A stretch of DNA of 64,000 nt from Alphaproteobacteria bacterium (GTDB lineage: Bacteria; Pseudomonadota; Alphaproteobacteria; RF32; CAG-239), in NCBI GenBank assembly GCA_045615365.1, contig JAZLEQ010000007.1:1029-65028 (forward strand), written 5' to 3'. Every line of letters starts with the position of its first letter. The first letter of the stretch is position 1. The notes below the pieces were generated by a model. That model did not search any database. It saw only the letters and a list, made by a program, of their open reading frames with translations, and was not told the origin of the DNA. Positions 56,808 through 64,000 of the stretch are shown here, in pieces. The position numbers and the translations under genes were made by a program.

Positions 56808-59423
56808 TTAAAGTGAGTTCTTAATCTCGGCAATTGCTTCGTCAAAGCGAGAACAGTCAGTTCCGCCGGTTTGAGCCATATCAGGACGACCGCCACCGCC
56901 TTGAGCTCCGACATATGAAGCAACTTTTTTGACCAAGTCAACAGCCGAAACTTTGCCTTTGATATCATCGCTGACACCGATTACCACCGAAGACTTTTCA
57001 CCGTTTACAGCAAACATTGCAGCTACTAAATGTTGATGTTTATCTTTGAGTTCATCAATGATTGCCTTCAATTCTTTCGGCTGAATATCTTTTAGAATCT
57101 TGGCAATGAATTTGATTCCGTTTACTTCTTCAACATCATTTTCAGCATTTTGAGAACCGCTTACCAGTTGTTTTTTCAGCTCAAAAATCTTGGCTTCCAT
57201 TTCTTTGCGTTCCGCCAATATATTGGCAAGACGTTCCTCAATATCATTAACTCCGACTTTCAAGAGGGCACTGATAGCTTTAACTTTAGCTTCTAAATCA
57301 CGGGTATGAGCTTCCGCGCCATTTCCGCTTACGCATTCCAGACGACGAACACCTGCAGCAATCGCCGAATCGGACAATATCTTGAATGCACCAATATCTC
57401 CGGTTTGGCCAACGTGAGTTCCTCCGCAAAGCTCACTGGAAACCCCGTCGCCCACACAAACGACACGAACTTCATCGCCATATTTTTCGCCAAACAGAGC
57501 CATTGCACCACTATTAACAGCTTCTTCTTGCGACATCAGTTTTGTGTTAACAGGATAGTTTGCACGGATCATATCATTTACTCTGTCTTCCAATTCGTGC
57601 AACTCTTCGGAAGAAATTTGCTTGTTATATGCAATATCAAAACGCATACGTTCCGGTGCCACAAAAGACCCTTTTTGGGTTACGAAAGAACCAAATTTTT
57701 CTTGCAAAGCTTTATGCAACAAGTGGGTTACAGTATGGTTTCCTTGAATTGCCATGCGATTTTTAACATTCACTTCAAATGTTGCATTATCACCTTTTTT
57801 TACAGCACCGCTTACAAGACGGCAAACATGAACATGCAATCCGTCGCATTTCTTCTTAGTGTCAACGACCTCAGCCTCAAAAGTTGATGAAGATATTTTA
57901 CCAACATCCCCCACTTGTCCTCCCATTTCGGCATAAAACGGAGTTTGATTAGCAAGCAATGAAAATTCGCCGTCTTTTACTTCATCAACTAATTGGCCGT
58001 CTTTTACCAAGGCAATAACTTGACCATCGGCTGATAAAGTTGAATAACCTAAAAATTCGCTTGAACCGTGTTTTTCTTGCATCTCAAACCAAACTTTTTC
58101 GGTGCCGGCATCGCCAGAACCGGCCCAGTTTTTACGAGCTTCGGCCTTTTGAGCAGACATTGCCTCATTGAATCCTTTTTCGTCAACATCAATATTGCGA
58201 AGCTTTAGTGCGTCTTGAGTTAAGTCTAACGGAAAACCATAAGTGTCATATAATCTGAATGCCACTTTACCATTTAGGCAATCCCCTTCTTTCATGGATT
58301 TAGTTTCTTCATCAAGAAGCTTCAACCCCTTGTCTAATGTTTTGATAAAACGTTCTTCTTCGCAACGAATCGTTTCACTGATTAAAGTTTCAGCCTTATA
58401 AAGTTCGGGGTAAGCATCGCCCATTTCTTTTTGCAAAGAAGGAAGAAGTTTATATATCATAGGTTCATTAACGCCCAAAATATGAACATGACGCATAGCT
58501 CGGCGCATAATACGGCGCAAAACATATCCGCGTCCTTCATTTGAGGGAAGAACACCATCTGCAATCAAGAAAGCCATTGAGCGAAGATGATCAGCAATAA
58601 CATTGTGAGAAGTGAGCAACCTTCCCTTAGGATCTGTTCCGGCTAAATTAGCAATAGCTTCTTTAAGGTTGGCAAAGATATCAATATCGTAGTTAGAATG
58701 CACACCTTGCAAAATTGCTGAAATTCGTTCAAGTCCCATTCCGGTATCAATGCACGGTTCTTTTAATTTAACACGAGAACCATCCGGCAAATCTTCAAAT
58801 TCATCAAACACCAAGTTCCAAATTTCAATCCAGCGATCACCGTCTTCTTCAGGAGTTCCGGGCAAACCACCCCAAACATGTTCACCATGATCATAAAAAA
58901 TCTCAGAACAATATCCGCAAGGACCTGTATCTCCCATTTGCCAAAAATTATCTTTTGTTCCGATAGGAATTATTCTGTCTTCCGGCAAAGATGAAACTTT
59001 TTTCCATATATCGCGCGAAACTTCATCTGTTTTGAAATATGTTACCGCCAGACGATTTTTATCAATGGCAAAATCTTTGGTAACCAATTCCCAAGCAAAT
59101 GCTATGGCATCTTCTTTGAAATAATCATTGAAAGCAAAGTTACCCAACATCTCGAAGAATGTGTGATGGCGAACATCATATCCTACCGAATCCAAGTCAT
59201 TGTGTTTTCCGCCGGCGCGAACAGATTTTTGGGAAGTCGCCACTCTTTTATGGGCCGCAGTTTCATTGCCGGTAAAAATGTTTTTAAATTGAACCATCCC
59301 CGAGTTTGTAAACATCAGCGAGGGGTCGTTATTGGGAACAAGAGAAGAAGAAGGCAAAATTTTGTGCCCATTCTTTTCAAAATATTTCAAAAAAGTATTT
59401 CTGATTTCGCTTACAGTTGTCAT
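56808..59423 (-). CDS. alaS: Alanine--tRNA ligase
   Basis: FTNSGMVQFK, HHTFFEMLGNF, IDTGMGLER, NHTVTHLLH, ELCGGTH, GGGGRPDMAQ. Confidence 0.98.
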   Translation of the reverse strand: MTTVSEIRNTFLKYFEKNGHKILPSSSLVPNNDPSLMFTNSGMVQFKNIFTGNETAAHKRVATSQKSVRAGGKHNDLDSVGYDVRHHTFFEMLGNFAFNDYFKEDAIAFAWELVTKDFAIDKNRLAVTYFKTDEVSRDIWKKVSSLPEDRIIPIGTKDNFWQMGDTGPCGYCSEIFYDHGEHVWGGLPGTPEEDGDRWIEIWNLVFDEFEDLPDGSRVKLKEPCIDTGMGLERISAILQGVHSNYDIDIFANLKEAIANLAGTDPKGRLLTSHNVIADHLRSMAFLIADGVLPSNEGRGYVLRRIMRRAMRHVHILGVNEPMIYKLLPSLQKEMGDAYPELYKAETLISETIRCEEERFIKTLDKGLKLLDEETKSMKEGDCLNGKVAFRLYDTYGFPLDLTQDALKLRNIDVDEKGFNEAMSAQKAEARKNWAGSGDAGTEKVWFEMQEKHGSSEFLGYSTLSADGQVIALVKDGQLVDEVKDGEFSLLANQTPFYAEMGGQVGDVGKISSSTFEAEVVDTKKKCDGLHVHVCRLVSGAVKKGDNATFEVNVKNRMAIQGNHTVTHLLHKALQEKFGSFVTQKGSFVAPERMRFDIAYNKQISSEELHELEDRVNDMIRANYPVNTKLMSQEEAVNSGAMALFGEKYGDEVRVVCVGDGVSSELCGGTHVGQTGDIGAFKILSDSAIAAGVRRLECVSGNGAEAHTRDLEAKVKAISALLKVGVNDIEERLANILAERKEMEAKIFELKKQLVSGSQNAENDVEEVNGIKFIAKILKDIQPKELKAIIDELKDKHQHLVAAMFAVNGEKSSVVIGVSDDIKGKVSAVDLVKKVASYVGAQGGGGRPDMAQTGGTDCSRFDEAIAEIKNSL

Positions 59424-59507
59424 GTTTTTATTTCCAAATATCTAATCTTTCTCTAACTTTTTACTTATAAAGCAAACTATTTTCAGAGGCAAGTATTTTT
59501 TCTTGTA

Positions 59508-59996
59508 TCAGAATACAACCGCAAAACCGAGATTATATACAAAATTGAAATTAAGAAATGTGGCAAACAACAACCACCAATAATACGGATATAACAACAG
59601 ACCTGCTGCTTTTTTAATTTGCAGATATACGGTTATCATTTTAAAAACAGTCAAATCAAGTAAAAGCAAAACAATAAAGCCAAGCCCCAACAATCCTTGA
59701 GCAAAAAAAGCATAACACCACAAAATTTGCAAAAAAAGCTGCAACAAGAACAAATTATTAGCTTTATTTTTCTTGGATTTATCGCCACATCTCAAAGCAA
59801 TTGTTACAGCCGCTATAATCAACACATATATCACGCTCCAAAAAATCGGAAAAATATATTTTGGCGGAGTTAAAGGAATGTCGGCAACAACATTATCATA
59901 CCAATTTTTTATTCCGTATTGTGTAAAAACCGAACAAATATATGCCGTTAAAAAAACAGATACCGATATGTATATTAAATTCATTGTCTGTTTCAT
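59508..59996 (-). CDS. tspO: TspO/MBR family protein
   Basis: WY, PP..IFPIFW..IY, LLYPY.WWL.FA..LN. Confidence 0.85.
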   Translation of the reverse strand: MKQTMNLIYISVSVFLTAYICSVFTQYGIKNWYDNVVADIPLTPPKYIFPIFWSVIYVLIIAAVTIALRCGDKSKKNKANNLFLLQLFLQILWCYAFFAQGLLGLGFIVLLLLDLTVFKMITVYLQIKKAAGLLLYPYYWWLLFATFLNFNFVYNLGFAVVF

Positions 59997-60042
59997 GAGT
60001 TTAATCCTTGCAAGAATTAATATTTTGTATATTATCTAATGA

Positions 60043-60774
60043 TTGATTACATTTTTTAAAGTGGGATATTTCAACAAAGTGGAATATAATTACGACTTAA
60101 CAGCAGCAGAAGTTGTCGGGGTTTGCAACAAGCTTATTGTTGATGCGAAGCTGCAAAATTCGGAAATTGTCAGCGCTTTTTGTGGCGCGATGGAAGTTGT
60201 TGCACTATGCACAAAAGGAACAAAAGTTCTGCTTAAGAGGACTTCTTTGCCACACAGGATTGTAAAGTATAACGTTGCTTTTATAGAAACTGCAAACGGA
60301 ATGGTTTTTGCAAACCCGAAATATAATCGTCAACTTTTTTCCGAAGCTTTTGATAATAAGGTGTTGTCCGATTTTAGCGATTATTCTTTCTGCACCCCCC
60401 TTGATGCTTTCGCCAATGCCAAGGGCTTAGATTTTGAACTCAAAAAAACAAACGGCGAATCGTGTTTTGTATTTGTAACGGCAATATATAACAAAATTGA
60501 AGACAGTGCGATTTTCCCTTATGATGTTAACTTTTTTGAGATAAAAATTTTTGAAGAACTTAAGAAAAAACATGATGAGGGGGCAAGAGTTTGTGTTGTT
60601 ATAATTGTTCCTCGTCAAGATTGTTTATCCTCAAGATTTTTATGGAACCTAAATCCTGTTGCTGCCGCCGCAATTTTTGATGCCGCACAAAAAGGTATTG
60701 AATTTTTCTGTTATGGTTGCAGAATCGAAAAAAATAGAATAGAAATAGATAAGAAAATAGAAATTAAATACTAA
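60043..60774 (+). CDS. sfsA: SfsA-like protein with degenerate nuclease motifs
   Basis: Colinear with SfsA (LDF.L, AIFP, EEL, G.R, A.QKGIEF.CY) but EVK and FPDA motifs lost. Confidence 0.65.
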   Translation: MITFFKVGYFNKVEYNYDLTAAEVVGVCNKLIVDAKLQNSEIVSAFCGAMEVVALCTKGTKVLLKRTSLPHRIVKYNVAFIETANGMVFANPKYNRQLFSEAFDNKVLSDFSDYSFCTPLDAFANAKGLDFELKKTNGESCFVFVTAIYNKIEDSAIFPYDVNFFEIKIFEELKKKHDEGARVCVVIIVPRQDCLSSRFLWNLNPVAAAAIFDAAQKGIEFFCYGCRIEKNRIEIDKKIEIKY

Positions 60775-60788
60775 AAAAGAGAGATATC

Positions 60789-61595
60789 GTGGTAAAAAAA
60801 ACAAAAGACAATATAGTAATTCACACCGACAAAAATGATTTTGAAGGAATGCGCAAAGCGGGAAAATTGGCTGCCGAATGCTTGGATTATATAACCGACT
60901 TTGTTGATGTCGGAGTTACAACCGAATATTTGGATGATTTGTGCCGCAAATTTATTTTGGAAAGAGGTGCCATTCCCGCTTGCTTGGGATATAGAGGCTA
61001 CCCGAAAAGTTCGTGTATTTCCATCAATCACGAGATCTGCCATGGTATCCCTTCGCCTGAAAGAAAGCTGTTAAACGGTGATATGCTGAATATTGATGTT
61101 ACGGTTATTGTTGACGGTTGGTATGGCGACACTTCCAGAATGTATTATGCGGGGAAACCATCGGTCAAAGCCAAAAGGCTTTGCGATGTCACCTATGAAT
61201 GTTTAATGCGCGGAATTGACGAGGTTAAACCGGGTGCATATTTCGGTGATATAGGAGCTGTAATTGAGGAGACCGCTCACCGCTATGGCTATTCGGTGGT
61301 CGATATGTTTTGCGGACACGGATTGGGCAAAGTTTTTCATGACGAACCTAACGTTATGCATTGCGGCAAAAAAGGAACCGGCCCGATGATTGAGGAAGGG
61401 ATGTTTTTCACAATTGAACCAATGATAAACTTCGGCAAAAAAGAAGCTGCTATTTTGGCAAACGAATGGACTGCAGTTACCAAAGATCGTTCTTTGTCGG
61501 CACAATTTGAACATTCTCTCGGAGTAACAAAAGACGGTTATGAAGTCTTTACATATTCTCCCAAAGGTTTAGACAGACCGCCTTACATAAAATAA
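60789..61595 (+). CDS. map: Methionine aminopeptidase type I
   Basis: CHGIP, NIDVT, GDTSR, GHG, FTIEPM, AQFEH. Confidence 0.96.
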   Translation: MVKKTKDNIVIHTDKNDFEGMRKAGKLAAECLDYITDFVDVGVTTEYLDDLCRKFILERGAIPACLGYRGYPKSSCISINHEICHGIPSPERKLLNGDMLNIDVTVIVDGWYGDTSRMYYAGKPSVKAKRLCDVTYECLMRGIDEVKPGAYFGDIGAVIEETAHRYGYSVVDMFCGHGLGKVFHDEPNVMHCGKKGTGPMIEEGMFFTIEPMINFGKKEAAILANEWTAVTKDRSLSAQFEHSLGVTKDGYEVFTYSPKGLDRPPYIK

Positions 61596-61614
61596 CCAAG
61601 AAAAAGAGACTATC

Positions 61615-62325
61615 ATGACTGAGCAAATTCCCGACTATATCGGTCACCGAAAAAGACTAAGAGAACGCTTCTTACGAAATAAGGGTGCAGATATGGCTGA
61701 CTACGAAGCCTTAGAATTGCTTTTAAGCTATGTTTTTTCTCGCAAAGATGTTAAACCTTTGGCAAAAAAACTGGTTGCCAAATTCGGATCGTTTGCTGAT
61801 GTAATTTCGGCTCCGCCTCATCTGTTATCCGAAGTTGACGGAATTAAGGACAGTTCTGTTACTTTGATAAAATTTATTGAATTTGCAATACAAAAATTCA
61901 CTTGGCAAAAACTTATGTCCGACGATTTGCCGATTATTTCATCAACCGAAAATTTACTTGATTATTGCTATTGTTCAATGGCTTACTTAGATGTTGAAAC
62001 AATCCGTCTGATATATCTTAATTCAAAACTCAAAGTTTTAGGAAGTGAGGTAATACAAAGCGGAAGTATTTCATCGGTTAACATTCATCAACGAGAAGTT
62101 ATTGCAAAATCACTTGCATATAATGCTGCGGGAATAATCATGGTTCACAATCATCCGTCGGGTGAGATTAAACCGTCGATTGGCGATATTGAGGTTACTC
62201 GCCGAATTGAGCAGGCTTGTGAAGCTGCGGAAATTGTTTTGCACGAACATCTGATTATCGGCAAAACCGGATACTACTCATTTTTGGAAAACGGTCTGTT
62301 GAAAAGCGCAACCAAAAGGCGCTGA
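61615..62325 (+). CDS. radC: RadC family JAB-domain protein
   Basis: GHRKRLRERF, DYEALELLL, HNHPSG..PS..D. Confidence 0.93.
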   Translation: MTEQIPDYIGHRKRLRERFLRNKGADMADYEALELLLSYVFSRKDVKPLAKKLVAKFGSFADVISAPPHLLSEVDGIKDSSVTLIKFIEFAIQKFTWQKLMSDDLPIISSTENLLDYCYCSMAYLDVETIRLIYLNSKLKVLGSEVIQSGSISSVNIHQREVIAKSLAYNAAGIIMVHNHPSGEIKPSIGDIEVTRRIEQACEAAEIVLHEHLIIGKTGYYSFLENGLLKSATKRR

Positions 62326-62351
62326 CTTTTAATATATACGGGGGTTTACTT

Positions 62352-63824
62352 ATGATTTCTTTGATTATATTTTTTGTTGGTTTCATGATGTTTTCTTCAT
62401 CCAATTGGGTAGTAAGAAAATTTGGCGAAGTTACATATGAACAAATTATGTTTCATCTTAACATGCCTTTTTCATCTGAGATACGAATTATGATGAGTTT
62501 TTTCAAAAACACCGTAATGACAGGCCTGATTATTGCCGTTGCTTTGGCTATACTGTTTTCTCACAAATACAAATTTCATATTAAAGCAATTGATATTTTC
62601 CGCAATTTTGTTTATAAAAAACGCAATATTCTAAGTATAGGTTGGTTGGCCTTTTGTTTGATTTTTGTGTTTTTTAAGATGAATGTTTGGAATATGATTA
62701 CATTTTACAAATACAAAAGTGAAACATCAAACTTCTATGAAGAAAATTATGTAATTCCCCAAGAAGCAAAAGTTATTTTCCCAAAAAACAAACCGAATTT
62801 AATTTTAATATTTGCCGAATCGATGGAAGCCACATATGCCAAAACACCTAATCACAACTATTTTGGTGAAGATCTGATACCGGAACTGCATAATCTGGCA
62901 CAAAACAATATTTCTTTCAGCGACAACGAATTTTTAGGAGGTTCGCATCAAATAGACGGGACTCAGTGGACGCAAGCAGGGTTGTTTGCTCAAACTTGCG
63001 GTGCACCAATTCAGTTGCCGATAAACGACCCCAATTGGTTTCATCCCAAAGGCGGATTTTTTCCTAAAGCTCATTGTCTATACGATATTTTAGCCGACGA
63101 AGGCTACGAAACAAGTTTTTTAATCGGATCGAACGGCGAGTTTGCCGGAATGAACAAATTTGTTGAGACGCATGGCAATCAAAAACTTTTGGATATTATG
63201 TATTATTCAAAACGCGACGGGATTAAGGTTTCGCTTGAAAAAACTACCAAATTACCCGATGAACAACTTTTTGTTTATGCCAAAGAAGAATTGGAAAACT
63301 TAAAAAAACTTTCCACTCCCTTTGTTTTTACCCTCATGACTCTTGACACACACTATGGAACCGCAAAATTCTCAGACAACAAGTGCGAACGCAAATTTGG
63401 TCCTCACAACAATATTGAAAACGTTGTATCTTGTGCCGACAAACAAATTGCAGAATTTGTTTCGTGGCTTAAAGAACAAGATTTTTACAACGACAGTGTC
63501 GTTGTTATCATAGGCGATCACCTTACTATGAACAACCGTTTCACCAAAGACATGAACAGAAAACCCATTAACGTTTTCATGAATACTCCGGTAGCTGCGG
63601 TAAAAACCAAGAATCGCACTTTTACACCTTTTGATATCTACCCGACAATTATTGAGAGTTTGGGTGCAAAGATTGAAGGACACCGCTTAGGGCTAGGAAC
63701 ATCCTTGTTTTCAGACACGCCAACTCTGACTGAAGAAAAAATGAGTGTTGAAGAAATGGATGTTAATGTTCGTAAAAAATCAAAAATATATGACTGGATG
63801 CTCTACGGCAAGGATGTTTATTAA
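62352..63824 (+). CDS. LTA synthase/OpgB-like sulfatase family membrane protein
   Basis: N-terminal TM helices, NLILIFAESME, TQWT catalytic Thr, DTH, IGDHL. Confidence 0.85.
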   Translation: MISLIIFFVGFMMFSSSNWVVRKFGEVTYEQIMFHLNMPFSSEIRIMMSFFKNTVMTGLIIAVALAILFSHKYKFHIKAIDIFRNFVYKKRNILSIGWLAFCLIFVFFKMNVWNMITFYKYKSETSNFYEENYVIPQEAKVIFPKNKPNLILIFAESMEATYAKTPNHNYFGEDLIPELHNLAQNNISFSDNEFLGGSHQIDGTQWTQAGLFAQTCGAPIQLPINDPNWFHPKGGFFPKAHCLYDILADEGYETSFLIGSNGEFAGMNKFVETHGNQKLLDIMYYSKRDGIKVSLEKTTKLPDEQLFVYAKEELENLKKLSTPFVFTLMTLDTHYGTAKFSDNKCERKFGPHNNIENVVSCADKQIAEFVSWLKEQDFYNDSVVVIIGDHLTMNNRFTKDMNRKPINVFMNTPVAAVKTKNRTFTPFDIYPTIIESLGAKIEGHRLGLGTSLFSDTPTLTEEKMSVEEMDVNVRKKSKIYDWMLYGKDVY

Positions 63825-63899
63825 GCCGATATCTTAATTTTGTTCTGCTTTACGCTTTTGCTTTCGCATTTTATGCTCTCTTTTGCTTGCTGCAAAATC

Positions 63900-63959
63900 A
63901 TAATCTTCAATTTTAAAAAAATTGAAGATTATTTCTTCGTGAGCATTTGCTCACGAAGA
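63900..63959. repeat. Two adjacent perfect palindromes
   Basis: ATAATCTTCAATTTT aaa AAAATTGAAGATTAT and TCTTCGTGAGCA tt TGCTCACGAAGA. Confidence 0.75.
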
Positions 63960-64000
63960 TGCATAGCACATCAGTTTCCATAAGTTGTCCTTTTGCTGTT

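Noticed and set aside
9508-63683. Many short antisense or off-frame ORFs inside well-identified genes
   Set aside because: Shadow ORFs with no motifs

Overview
AT-rich chromosomal window, most consistent with a host-associated anaerobic alphaproteobacterium (alpha-type acpP-fabF-mltG, mtaB-ftsY, yajC-secDF, suf and sucCD genes, plus FprA and L-LDH); the taxonomy is inferred from gene order and protein style, not from a search. Bases 1-10674 are the right end of a genomic island bounded by a 3' fragment of tRNA-fMet. It carries a P4-like integrase, a second tyrosine recombinase, a serine recombinase, a Schlafen/AlbA-ATPase, a fused restriction-modification enzyme and a Panacea-like gene. 10.7-41.5 kb is mostly housekeeping, with a DnaA/IHF/CtrA-box cluster (oriC candidate) at about 22.4 kb, a sucCD pair missing catalytic residues and a MazG-like gene inside the suf operon. 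41.7-51.3 kb is a variable region between convergent tRNA-Pro and tRNA-Leu genes. It holds a radical SAM + DUF218 cassette between duplicated RNase H 5' ends, a truncated argE, an extra ACP, and a highly structured ~260-nt non-coding RNA candidate ahead of a three-gene orphan/HD operon (top candidate for a novel system). 51.3-64 kb is housekeeping with an inserted repeat-plus-phosphatase orphan. All calls are by eye from motifs; no database searches or folding programs were run.
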